Position numbers and translations under genes: made by a program. A stretch of DNA of 64,000 bases from Pristiophorus japonicus (lineage: Eukaryota): assembly GCF_044704955.1 (NCBI RefSeq), contig NC_091990.1:177568001-177632000 (forward strand), given 5' to 3'. The notes under the pieces were generated by a model that made no database searches, had not been told where the DNA came from, and saw only the letters and a program-made list of their open reading frames with translations. Below are positions 40,018 through 51,639 of this stretch, in pieces (the first letter of the stretch is position 1; each line of letters starts with the position of its first letter).

Positions 40018-41964
40018 GGGCCCAAGTTTCGGCCTCAGTTGCTCCTGATTTTTTGGAGCAACTGGTGTAGAACAGAGTATCTTAGAAATTCAAATTCCCG
40101 GCATTTAGTTTGCTCCAGTTCTAGTCAGTTAGAACAGTTTCACTTGGGATCAGAATTTTTTTTTCAAAAGGGGGTGTGTCCGGCCACTTACGCCTGTTTT
40201 CAAAGTTTCAGCGGTGAAAAATTACTCCAAACTAACTTAGAATGGAGTAAGTGAAGATTTTTGTACTCTCGAAAAAACCTTGTCTACACTTTAGAAAATC
40301 AGGCGTAGGTTACAAATCAGGCGTAGGGAATGGTTGGGGGGGTGGGGGGTTAAAGGGAAGTTTACAAACAATAAACACTTCAGTTTTACAAATAAAGAGC
40401 CATCGTCAATAATAAATGATAAAAACATCAATAAATCAACCAATAAATCAATCAAAAAAAATTAATAAGAACTAACTTTTTTTTTTAAATCAATAAATAA
40501 AACATTTTCTACTTACCGACTGCAGCACCGGGAGCCCTCCAACAGCGTGCTGGGATGCCCCCCTCAGTGTGTCTCTGTCAGTGTCTCTATCTCTCTGTCT
40601 GTCTGTCTGTGTGTGTCTCTCACTTTCTGTCTGTCAGTGTCTGTGTTTCTGACAGCGAGGGGAGGGGGAAGAGGGTGGTAGAGGGAGAGATGGGGGGGCA
40701 GGGGGAGGGGAGGGAGGGAGGCAGAGGGGGAGGGATGGGGGAGAATGGGGAGGGAAGGGGGAGAAGCGGGAGGGAAGGGGGAGGGGAGAGGAGAAGGGGG
40801 GGAGGAGAAGGGGAAGGGGGGAGGAGAAGGAGAAGGAGGGGGAGGAGAAGGGGAAAGGGGGGGGAGGAGAGGAGAAGGGGAAAGAGGGGGAGGAGAAGGG
40901 GAAAGAGGGGGGAAGAAAGGGAGGGAAAGAGAGGGGGGAAAGAGAGGGGGGGAAAGAGAGGGGGGAAAGAGAGGGGGGAAAGAGAGGGGGGGAAAGAGAG
41001 GGGGAAAGAGAGGGGAGGAATGAGAGGGGGGAAAGAGAGGGGGGAGAGGGGAGGAAAGAGAGGGGGAAAGAGAGGGGGAAAGAGAGGGGGGAAAGGGGGG
41101 GGAAAGAGAGAGGGGGGAAGGAAAGGAGAAGGGGGAAGGAGAAGGGGGAGAAGGGGGAGAAAGGAGGGGGGGAAGGAGGGGGGGGAGGAAAGGAGAAGGG
41201 GGAGGGAGGCTGAATGGGCCAGGCCAGTCCCCAGCACCAGATTTACAGGTAGGCGGCGTTGGGTCGGGTCGGGTCCGGGGTCGGGAGCGCGGGTCGGGTC
41301 GGGGATAGCGCGGGTCGGGGTCGGGAGCACGGGTTGGGTCGGGGGGGCGCAGGGAGGTCGGGTAGAGTCGGATCCGGTCCGGGGGGGTGGCGGTCGGGTC
41401 GGGTCGGGGGGGGGGGGAGGCGGCGGGCAGAGGGAGGTCGGGTCGGATCGGTTCGTGTCGGGGGCAGGGGGAGGGAGGGAGGGAGAGGGAGGTCAGGTCG
41501 GGTGGGGGGGGGGGGGGGGCCGGGTCGGGTCGGGTCCGGGGGCGGGGGAGGGGGAGTTGGGTCGGTGTCGGGGTCGGGTCTGGTCCGGGGGGTGGGGGAA
41601 GCGGGAGTCGAGTTGGGTCGGGAGGAAACAAGAGCTGGGCGTGGGAGGCAGCATTATGCACACAGCCCCAGTGAGGCCATTCGGCCAGGGCTAGGGACTG
41701 TGTGCTTCGGGCCCCCCCCCCCACACAGTTTTGGGCGCCTGGAGCTACTGCACATGCGCGTCCACTGTAGCGCGCATGTGCAGATGTCCCGGCACTGTTT
41801 TCAGCGCAGGGACCTAGCTCCGTCCCCTGCACCGCGCCGAGGGCCAGAGGACCTCCAGGGAGCCGGAGAATCTGTAAGTTTTTTTTAGGCGCACTTTGTG
41901 ACGCAAAAAACGGGCATCCAGGTCGGGGCTGCGCCGTTCTAGGCGCGGCCCGAAACTTGGGCCC
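40018..41964. mobile_element. Non-autonomous PIF/Harbinger-like element with GA-rich and (GGGTC)n core
   Basis: TIRs GGGCCCAAGTTTCGG ... CCGAAACTTGGGCCC; TSD TAT/CAT; paralogous empty site at about 35477. Confidence 0.85.
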
Positions 41965-42886
41965 CATCTGTTTTAGAAATATGGCTTTCACTTTCATTTG
42001 CAAAAATGCAGGGTCTCTCAAAACGAACTGAGGCTGTGAGCATGTTTCCACGTTGTAACTTACTGAGGATACCAGGTTGGCATATCCTGAACCCCACTAG
42101 TGAGCTACACTAAATGACCAAACATTCTTCATTAATTAAACTACAGAGTTTCCTGAATTTTTCCATTCAACTGCTGTTGTTAAAGAGCTCACTGCTACTG
42201 CCAATTTTTGTTATACGTTGGAAGCTGTCAGCGTTACAGAATCAACTTTTGATAAGTGTGTTTGCATCAGGTTATAGGAAGAAGCAATGTTTTTCAATAT
42301 TCAAACACCAGATTAGAGTTATAATAAGTCAAGTGCTTATACAAGACAAAACAGGAAAACTATGTGGATGCACTCTGTTTCGAATATATTTGCAAAAGTC
42401 TAAAAAACCCTTGTGTAACTGTATTTATTTTACCCACAGATGTTGAAGTATATATGTAGTTCAATTTGCAATATTTCGATATAATCTTTATAACATTTTC
42501 TGTCTGCTACATTACCAAAAGCATCATTGTATTTCAATTAAAAAATACTTCATTAAAATAAGAGATGAAATACAAGTGAATTTGTTAAGGCCTTCATATG
42601 CTAAGATCACCAGTGTAATTGCAACCCAATGCAATTTCACCCCTGCAATGCATTTACTGTGTGTGATTGTAGAATATAGCCTTTAAATGTATTTATTGTA
42701 CACAATTGTAGAGCTTAAGTGTATTTACTGCAGCCGGGGTGGTGGATTGCACCCAGTGCAAATGTATTGTACTGAAGCATTGATCAGTGATATACACACT
42801 TTAAAATGTAAAGCATGTTATAGGAATTACATAAGAGAACAGGTTTCAGTTCGAGCAGTTGTATTTATGAAGATAGGTGACATTAC

Positions 42887-42994
42887 CTGTTTGACGCTTT
42901 TTGATGTAACAGTAAAATCCAGCAACAAAAAATGCACCAATTAATACAACTAAAACTCCAACAATTGCTCCGACTGAGGTAGTGCTCTTTGAAT
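42887..42994 (-). CDS. Gene B transmembrane exon
   Basis: 108-nt phase-1/1 exon (ttttatttgcag| ... |gtaatg): DSKSTTSVGAIVGVLVVLIGAFFVAGFYCYIKKRQT. About 23 hydrophobic residues followed by a KKR stop-transfer signal. Not in the ORF track. Confidence 0.85.
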
Positions 42995-43794
42995 CTGCAA
43001 ATAAAAACACATGTAGGGCGTATAATCACGTTCTAATGCCTGTTCAAGAACCAAAGCACCTTACCTCTATGTATTAATAGGTAGCTGAAAGAACCCTGTA
43101 TTAAAATATTTTTGAGCAAACTTCTATAAATGGCTCTTAATGGCTTTGTATATGATGAGAAGGATTCAAAGAAGCCTCTATACTTTTTATAGCAATACAG
43201 AGTTCATTTTCCCTCACACCTCCCAAAGTTAAAAGTCGAACAAGTTACACACACAGTGTAAACATCTTTACTGAAGCCCTGGTCAGGTGAGTTACACAAA
43301 TATTGAATCATAGAATGGTTACAGCACAGGAGGAGGCCATTCGGCCCATCGAGCCCGTGCTGGCTCTCTGCAGGAGCACTTCAGCTAGTCCCACTCCATC
43401 ACACTTTCCCTGTTGCCCTGCAATTTTTGTTTCCTTCAGGTATTTATCCAATTCCCTTTTCTATATATGTAAATAAATATAGATTTCCCATATCTCAAAG
43501 TATAGACTGATACCATGGTATATAGAATTGGAAAGATGTTAATCTTTTTTATGTACATATAAAATATATACATGGAACATTAACCCTCACTCAGTATATT
43601 ATTTGTACTATTGAGAATATTATGAATGGGCCTTGAAATACATTGTGTAGCAAGGGCTTTATCTTGTGATCCACTAGTTATTTATTTTTACTGTGACAAA
43701 TATGCTTATATATGCTACATTTTACACAACTTCACTCATTATTTTTAACCTTCTTAGTTCTTAGGTCTTCAGTTCTTTGTATAATTTGCAAGGT

Positions 43795-44230
43795 ACTATG
43801 TCAACGTGGTTCAGTGGTAGCTTGCTTGCCTCAGAGTCAGAAGATTGTGAGTTCAAGCCTGCTCCAGAGACTCGAGCACATAATCTAAGGTGGTACTTCT
43901 GTGCAATACTTAGGGAGTGCTGCACTGTCGAAGATGTCATCTTTTGGATGAGGCTTTAAATCGAGGCCCCATCTGCCCTCTCAAGAGGATGTAAAAGATC
44001 TCATGCGGATATTCGAAGAAGAGAAGGTGTCCTGGGAAACATTTTTATCTCCACCAACACTTACAAAAGATGATTTGGTCATTTATTTATTTGCTGTGCA
44101 CAAATTGGCTGCCGCATTTTCTACATTAAAACAGTCACTTCGCTTCAAAAGTATTTCATTGGCTCTGAAGCGCTTTGGGACGTCCTGAGGTAGTGAAAGG
44201 CGCTATATAAATGCAAGACTTTCTTTTTCT
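43795..44230 (+). mobile_element. tRNA-derived SINE with L2-type tail (DeuSINE/SacSINE-like)
   Basis: A-box tggttcagtgg, B-box gttcaagcc, tail gcgctatataaatgcaag. Confidence 0.65.
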
Positions 44231-45069
44231 TTCTTACTAAAACCCAAGCTTGATGTCAACTAATTGCCATTTATCAATTTAGCTACACTATGGACATTGG
44301 CCCTCATCTTAGGTTTCCCACTAATAAATTTGCAAACATATGTTTATAATGGTTAATTGTATTCAAAACAGTATTGTGTTTAAAATGGGACACAAGGCAT
44401 TTTGCTCACTGACGAGTTCTGTTTCAGCAGTCAGCACAATCTGTCCAACTTAAGAAGCTAGTTGTTATAAGGATATAAGATAATATAAGAATTGGGCTTA
44501 AGAGTTTTAATTTTCTGGAAAAAGGCATGACTTTCCTGCTGCAAACCCACATATACCCACTTGTCCTATTCACACTGCCAACATGAGCTGATGCATGCAT
44601 ACTGAAGTAAAACAAAACTGATTTACGTTGACGTTCATTACACAATTAGCATTATTTGACAAGCATCCAAAAACAATGTGCAAAACATGATCACACTTCA
44701 GTGGAGCAACTCGAGTAAACATGTTATGTTAAGTAACTTATTGTAACATATTATAATGCTTCTGTATTGGTGTAGTCTGTTTATCCTAACCCTATTCAAA
44801 ATAATTGCATGAAAGCTCTTCCAAATGGTTAGTGGGCAAGTGCATTGCCTGTTATGGTCCTGAACCATAAGTTATGTCAAGACAACCCCAGGTTTCATCC
44901 CCAGTCTATACTGATTTATCTTATTTCAGCTGTACCAGCAATTAGCTTCAGCCGTGTGAACAGAAAAGAAAAATCAATCAACCATGATACCTGCTTTTGA
45001 TCACTATGCAGCCCGCCATGCTAGGAAGTGTTTGTGTGTGGAATCAGGTGAAGATAGGATCCAGAAGAG

Positions 45070-46385
45070 GCAGGAAGCAAACAGTAATGGTTGATGGGTG
45101 TTTTTGTGACTGGAAGGCTGTAGTGGGGTTCCGCAGGGCTCAGTGCTAGGTCCCTTGCTTTTTGTGGTACATATCAATGACTTGGATTTGAATGTAGGGG
45201 GTATGATTAAGAGGTTTGCAGGTGGTACTAAAATAGGCCGTGTGGTTGATAATGAAGAAGAAAGCTGCGGACTGCAGAAAGGTATCAATATACTGGTCAG
45301 GTGGGCGGAACAGTGGCAAATGGAATTCAATATGGATAAGTGTGAGGTAATGCATTTGGGGAGGTCTAACAAGACAAAGGAATACACATTAAATGGTATG
45401 ACACTGAAAAGAGGAACAAAAAGACCTTGGAGTGCAGGTCCTCAGATTCCTAAAGTTAACAGGCTAGATAGATAAAGTGGTTAAGAAGGCATATGGAATA
45501 CTTGCCTTTATTAGTCGAGGCATGGAATACAAGAGCAAGGAGGTTAAGCTTGAAGTGTATAAAACACTAGTTAGGATGCAGCTGGAGTACTGTGTGCAGT
45601 TCTGGTCACCACATTACAGGAAAGATGTGATTGCACTGGAAAGGATGCAGAGGAGATTTACAAGAATGTTGCCTGGACTGGAGAATTTTAGCTATGAGGA
45701 AAGATTGGAGATGCTGGATGTGTTTTCTTTGGAACAGAGGAGGCTGAGGGACGACCTGATTGAGGTGTACAAAATTATGAGGGGCCTGGATAGAGTGGAT
45801 TGGAAGGACCTGTTTCCCTTAGCAGAGGGGTCAACAACCAGAGGACATAGATTTAAAGTAATTGCGGGGAGGTTTGGAGGAGATAGGAGGGGAAATTTCT
45901 TCACCCAGAGGGTAGTGGTGGTCTGGAACTCACTGCTTGAAAGAGTGGAAGAGGCAGAAAACCTCACCACATTTACAAATATTTTGTAAAGTCCTGTCCC
46001 CTCAGTACAGATTCACACGAGGCATGTAGTGAAGTCAAGGTCACTCTGGACCTGCACCTTTATTTCACAGCTCTGGAATGCTGCACTTGCCTGAGACCTG
46101 TCCTTATATACCTGTCTCTTGCAAGTGCACCCCTGGTGGTAAGGTATGCTGGTGGTTACAGGTCATATCTTATTACAGTCATGTATAGCATGTTAGGATA
46201 CAGTTATATATAATAATGTAAGATACATGACATATTTGGATGTTCATTTAAAGTGCCGAAACCTACAGGGCTACAGACCAAAAGCTGGAAAGTGGGATTA
46301 GGCTGGATAGCTCTTGGTCGGCCGGCGCAGACATGATGGGCCAAAATGGCCTCTTCCCGTGCAGTAAATTTCTATGATACTATGA
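45070..46385 (+). mobile_element. CR1 LINE 3' fragment (different subfamily)
   Basis: [10 protein letters not shown] and LEYCVQFWSP motifs; interrupted by a solo LTR. Confidence 0.85.
45985..46232. mobile_element. Solo LTR (another family) inserted in a CR1
   Basis: TG...CA termini, 5-bp TSD TATTT on both sides; the CR1 sequence resumes afterwards. Confidence 0.8.
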
Positions 46386-46719
46386 TAATGGAATAGCCTG
46401 CCAGCACGTACAAAGATGAAGAATGAGAATTTGGTGAGGTACAGGAGGGAATGCTAGATTCCCAAAATAAGCACTCTACTCCGAGTTATGTCACGGCAGG
46501 CGAGCCCCAGGAGGGCAGAGGAAACGCTTCAGGAACACTTTCAAAGCCTCCTTTAAAAAGTAAGAATCAAACTCCCCCTCAGTGGAGGAGGGGAGAAAGT
46601 GCATTACCATAGCTGAAGTGCCTCATTTAACTTGTTCTTGTTGCACTGTTTACAGTAGAATTTTAAAGAGTGCCATGTGAATGCTTATAGCTCCTAACAT
46701 TAGTGCTTGAAATCCTTCT

Positions 46720-47270
46720 GAGGCAGTCCCCCGGAGTCGAGGATGGCTTGCTTCCAAAGTAAAGTGAGTTCTCAGGTGACTGATGAAACCAATGTGGGAT
46801 CGACAGTCCTTATCACAGGTGGGGCAGACGGTGGTTGGAGGGACGAGTGAATGGGGGACTTGATTTGTCGTACGCTCCTTCGGTTTTTTGTGCTTGGCTT
46901 CCGCGTACTCCCAGAGAAGAGACTCGAAGTGTTCAGTGCCTTTTCGGATGCCCCTCCCCCAGTTTGAACGGTCTTGGGCCAGGGATTCCCAAGAGTCAGT
47001 ATGGATGTTGCATTTTTTCAAGGAGGCTTTGAGGGTGTCCCTGAAGCGTTTTCTCTGTCCTCCTGGAGCTCGCCTGCCGCGACATAGCTCGGAGTAGGGT
47101 GCTTGTTTTGAGAATCTAGCATCGGGCATGCGGACAATGTGGCCCGCCCACCGGAGCTGGTCGAGTGTGGTCAATGCCTCGATGCTGGGGATGTTGGCCT
47201 GAGAGAGAACGCTGACGTTGGTGCGCCTATCCTGCCAATGAATTTTCAGGATTTTGCGGAGGCAGGATAG
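46720..47270 (-). mobile_element. RTE/BovB-like LINE 3' fragment
   Basis: CLRKILKIHWQD, QLRWAGHIVRM, GGQRKRFRDTLK and a terminal C2H2 finger. Confidence 0.85.
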
Positions 47271-47566
47271 GTGCACCAATGTCAGCCTGGAGGATCTGGG
47301 AAGGCACTGAACACTTCGAGCCTCTTCGCCGGGAGCACACGGAAACCAAGCACAAAAAGCAGAAAGAGCTTACGTCAAATCAAGAACCACATCCACCCGT
47401 CCCTCCAACCACCATCTGACCCACCTGTGACAGAGACTGTAGATGCTGCATTCGTCTCTGAGGTCACCTTGGAACTCATTTTAGTGTGGAAGCAAGTCAT
47501 CCTCGAATCTGGGCAACTGCCTAAGAAGGATTTCAAGTACTAATTCCTCAAAAAACCAAGACATAC

Positions 47567-47887
47567 CTGTGACAACAATTTGAGCTTCCAATTTAGTGGC
47601 ATTAGGATGAGACGGGTGTTTCACAATGCATCGGTAATTAATACCATCATCTTCGAGGGTTGCTGCAATATATATTTGACTGGATTGATTAAATGTTCCA
47701 TCATCATTTCTAACCAGTCCACCTCCAGAGTCCTTGCTTGTAACACTTTCCGTTTTCCCATGTGATAACTTTTCCCAGCGGATATCTAGCTGCTTGGGAT
47801 AGAATCCAGTAACGTCACATCTCACAGACCCATTTGAGCCGTTTGGGATCGTAACCCGTTCAGTGGACAAGCTGATCTTTGGTCGAG
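47567..47887 (-). CDS. Gene B extracellular Ig C1-set exon
   Basis: 321-nt phase-1/1 exon (ttttgtacacag| ... |gtatgt): ARPKISL...VRCDVTGFYPKQLDIRW...NDDGTFNQSS...YRCIVKHPS. Canonical C1 motifs CxVxGFYP and YxCxVxH; four NxS/T sequons. Confidence 0.9.
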
Positions 47888-47909
47888 CTGTGTACAAAAA
47901 AACAAACGA

Positions 47910-49410
47910 AATTGAGCATTTGTCTGAGGCTGAACCAGATTGTTGCAACCTTGGTGTCATATTTGACCCTGAAATGAGCTTCCGAACACATATCCGCACC
48001 ATAACTAAGACTGCCTATTTCCACCTCCATAACTTTGCCTGTCTCCGCCCCTGCCTCAGCTCATCTACTGCTGAAACCGTCATCCATGTCTGTGTTACCT
48101 CTAGACTTGACTATTCCAATGCACTCCTGGCTGGCCTCCCATGTTCTACCCTTCGTAAACTTCAGGTCACTGAATGGTGGAACAGGCTTGAGGGGTTAAA
48201 TGGCCTACTCCTGTTCCTATGTTCCTACAAGCTTGATGACAGCAAACCGCCACTTAATTCTATTATTTTCAACCTTTGTTGTGTTCTGCATTAGGGGCCT
48301 TGACCCATGTCTCTCAATACAAAAAAAAGTCATGATTTTAGACCTGGTTATATCCAGAGGTACTGCACTAAATAACAGGCAATGTGTCAGCCTTGGCTCA
48401 GTGACAGGATTCTCACCTCTGAGCCAGAAGTTTGTTAGTTCAAGCCCCACTCCAGAGACTTGAGCACATAATAAGTGCAGTAGTGAGGGAATGCTACACT
48501 GTTGGAGTTGCCTTCTTTTGGATGAGATATTAAACCACCTCTCAGGTGTATGCAAAAGACCTCATGGCACTATGCAAAGAGCAGGGGAGTTCTCCCAGTG
48601 GCACGTCCAACACTTACCCCTCAGCCAACATCATTAAAACAGATTATCTGGTCATCACATTGCTCCTCTAATTCTGCCCTCTTGAGCATCCTTGATTATA
48701 ATCATTCAACCATTGGTGGCCGTGCCTTCTGTTACCAGGGGCAGCACGGGCCAGTCCACACTGCGATATGTGTGCGCACTAGGTCCGTGCAGCAGAGCTG
48801 TCTCCAGTCGTCTTGGTTAACCCTTGCCACTGGACCAAGACCTAGCTCTGTCAAGTCCATGTGGTGGCTGGTGTGCAACAGCCACCTCACATTAAAAAAA
48901 TCTATGCACAGGCATCTTCCACCCTTCAAGATGTAGTTCAGGATCTGGAATATTAGGTCCTTCATTGAAACACCTGTGAACTCATCCTTTTTTGGCGTGG
49001 AAGCAAGTCATCCTTGTTTCGAGGGACTGCCTATAATGATGATATCTAGGCCCGAAGCTCTGGAACTCTCTGCCTAAACCTCTCCGACTCTCTACCTCGC
49101 TTTCCTCCTTCAAGACACTCCTTAAAACATACCTCTTTGAACAAGCTTTTGATCATCTGCACTAATTTCTACTTATGCTGCTTGGTGTCAAATTTTTTAT
49201 CTCGTAATACTCCTGAGAAGCACCTTGGGACGTTTCACTACGTTAAAGGCACTATATAAATATAAGTTGTTATTGTCGTTGTTGTTTGTGGGACCTTGCT
49301 GTGTGCAGATTGGCTGCTGGGTTTCCTCACATCAAAAGTACTTAATTGGCTGTAAAGCACTATGGGACCTCCTGAGGCCTTAAAAGGTGCAATATAAATG
49401 CAAGTCCTTT
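47910..49410 (+). mobile_element. Nested L2 fragment with tRNA-SINE and RTE-tailed SINE pieces
   Basis: L2 RT motifs NLGVIFD and SRLDYSNALL; SINE head at about 48390; RTE-tailed repeat at 48737-49043. Confidence 0.7.
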
Positions 49411-49513
49411 CTTATCTTCTTGTGCGTGCTATAACCAATTTTAGCAAGCAGGTTTATGCACAAATATATTTTAAGATAGGTCTCAACAATACAGACAAAG
49501 TTTTTTTTATTAC

Positions 49514-49861
49514 CTAACACTTGGACCACTGAACTCTTTTCTGCTTTTAATGGAGTATAAAATACAGTACAGGTGTATTGTCCTTCTTCGTTGATTTGTA
49601 TTTTTGGAAGATACAGTGAAGCATTTCCTTTCCGCAAATCATCTTCATTAATTCTTGCGCCTGGTCTATCAGAGGAATGATTCCCTTCGTTAAACACATA
49701 CACCTTTCTCCTGATACTTTCATGAATCAAGAACCACTTGATAGCTACATAATCCAGGTCAAGCTCTGCAGTGTTAAAGCCTGACACTTTACATCCCAGA
49801 AGAACATCTTCATTCACGAGAACTTTCAGTGGAATTTGAAATATGTCCATATGCAAAGTAC
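49514..49861 (-). CDS. Gene B Ig V-set exon, B7-H6/NCR3LG1-like
   Basis: 348-nt phase-1/1 exon (ttcctgcaaag| ... |gtaata): GTLHMDIFQIPLKVLVNEDVLLGCKVSG...W...RPGARINEDDLRKGNASLYLPKIQINEEGQYTCTVFYTPLKAEKSSVVQVL. The RPGA / GxASLxLP / YxCxVxxTPLKA pattern matches B7-H6 as I recall it. Roughly half of the residues are identical to the gene A V domain. Confidence 0.9.
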
Positions 49862-49966
49862 CTTTGCAGGAAAAAAAGTTTGAAAAACATTATAAAACAT
49901 CTCATATCATGATTACAAACAGAAGAATTATCACCTCAAATTAAAATATATTAGACATGCTAGTAT

Positions 49967-50121
49967 TAATGTTCCCTTTAATTTTGGGGGCTGTGCAGTC
50001 CCTTTAAGAGGCTGTGCATCCCATTCAAAATTCCGCACATGCAAAGATTTTCCTATTTAGAAGACGGTGAGCCAATTGCGTGGGAGCGGCAGAACACTGC
50101 GGCAGCTTAAAGGGAACACTG
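49967..50121. mobile_element. hAT-like MITE
   Basis: TIRs TAATGTTCCCTTTAA ... TTAAAGGGAACACTG; 8-bp TSD GCTAGTAT/GTTAGTAT. Confidence 0.7.
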
Positions 50122-50240
50122 GTTAGTATTTTATTTATTATACAGAGAAAGCCAAGAAATTTAAATCAAATTTGATTTCTAAAGTAAGAAACAATTTAAA
50201 GTGACTTTAAGGACATTATTAGACTATAGATACGCAATAC

Positions 50241-50289
50241 CAAAGCAAAGTAAAGCTGCAAGCGCCGAGTTATAATGCTGACTCTGCGT
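50241..50289 (-). other. Candidate leader exon of gene B with ACG in place of ATG
   Basis: ACG-QSQHYNSALAALLCF + g|gtattg; 49 nt, phase 1, the same length as the gene A leader. No in-frame ATG and a weak donor. Confidence 0.2.
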
Positions 50290-50602
50290 CCCTCTGTGAC
50301 TAGGGAAGACAGAGATCTGTATGTGTCAGCTTGCTTCACTGACCAGCATCCAAATGCAAGTTAAAGTGTAATACTAGGACAGATCAAAAATAATTGATGG
50401 TTAAGGTTACCAGAGAGCTAGGAAAGCCTGTCAGCTCTCTGCTAAGAATTAAATGGTGAAGAACAAAGTTTGATTTCCCTTGTGGCCTAGTGGGAAAAGA
50501 TACTCCATAGTATAGAACTGAACTGTTAAAAGAGTTCCTCATTTGTGCTGAGGCAGCCCACCTCAACTCGAACAGTTTTGAGACATCACAATCTGCTTCA
50601 GT

Positions 50603-50616
50603 AGGAAGTGAAACTA
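50603..50616. promoter_or_regulatory. ISRE / Ets-IRF composite element upstream of gene B
   Basis: AGGAAGTGAAACTA (minus strand TAGTTTCACTTCCT) fits GGAAnnGAAA and the ISRE consensus. A kappaB-like GGTTTCCCCC is adjacent. Confidence 0.45.
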
Positions 50617-50968
50617 AGGTTTCCCCCCGTGAACTCCATCCAGCGATCCCTGTGGTTGTGTAGATATTGAATGAAAACAGGATTGTATTCAGTTATGATG
50701 CTTCCACCATCCTTCCTAGCACTGGGTCAAATTATCTGCAGACACTCATACTCTCAGCTCATAGCTAAAGAGTGGCCAATTGCGTGAGTTAATTGAGGTC
50801 TGTTGGAACTGCATCCAGCAGAGTGATCACCTTCAGAGACTGAACATTAAGGGGGACAATTTCATATTTATTGAAAAAGAATACCTGCCTGGAAATTTTT
50901 TAAATTTCGCTTTTGAGCCAGCACAGTACAACTGCACCAGGTATAAATCCAAAGGATACTCTAGACAT

Positions 50969-51619
50969 TGAGAATGTGTAACAGGGTTGCGAAAGTGGTA
51001 GATGACTAGAGAAGGTGGCAAAAGGATGGAGATAGGGAATCATGGGAAAATAGCTAAAGCAATGGTCAAGATACAGACAACTGCAGAATCAACAGAAAAA
51101 AAAGGGGTTACCAAGAGTTGAAGTTGAGGTTAGACACGGGTCATGAGAAAGTCCAAGGCAGCACAAAGAAAGAAAGCAATTCTAGATAGGAAGGGAAAAG
51201 TAATAGCTTCTACTGATAAGGAGGAAGAGAAACTAATTGGGTTCTTTACTGATAAGGGAAGACAGTGTAGCAAAGCTATAACTAACCTACCTGACACCAG
51301 CCCTAATTAGGAGACGTTCTTGCCTGCCATTGGACGTACTCGGGGGGGGGGGGGGGGGGGGGAGGCAGAAAGGGATTGGATAGACCAAGTGCTAATCAAA
51401 TGTGTTCTGTTTTGAAAATGTATATCTACTGTGCTTTTCACGCTGAAAAGGGGTTTGTCCAGGGGAAGGTAAACAGGCTCTGATTGAGAGTGTTCCTTTG
51501 TCTTGACAAGTCCCGGCCAGAGGATCTTCAATAAAGGTCTTTTACAGAAAAGGCAAAAGGTGTTCGTGTGTCAGTGTATTCGCTGAAACAGATTGAGGGA
51601 AAAAGAATCATTATCAACA
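50969..51619 (+). repeat. 5' LTR of the ERV-like element
   Basis: tgagaatg...tcaaca, a direct repeat of 57017-57663. Contains a poly-G tract and AATAAA. Confidence 0.92.
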
Positions 51620-51621
51620 TT

Positions 51622-51639
51622 TGGTGTCAGAAGTGGGAT
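51622..51639 (+). promoter_or_regulatory. Primer-binding site, tRNA-Leu(CAA)
   Basis: TGGTGTCAGAAGTGGGAT, 2 nt after the 5' LTR, complementary to the 3' 18 nt of vertebrate tRNA-Leu(CAA). Confidence 0.85.

Noticed and set aside
40555-42051. Long Gly/Arg- and Pro-rich ORFs (379-495 aa)
   Set aside because: Stop-free low-complexity GA/GGGTC repeats inside a MITE, open in several frames on both strands.
43795-43870. tRNA gene
   Set aside because: tRNA-like SINE head continuing into SINE body and LINE-type tail; no intact cloverleaf.
19043-47887. Immunoglobulin heavy-chain, IgNAR or TCR locus
   Set aside because: The V exon is complete with its own G strand and splice donor; I noticed no RSS or J segments; the TM lacks the antigen-receptor motif and precedes most C-like domains.
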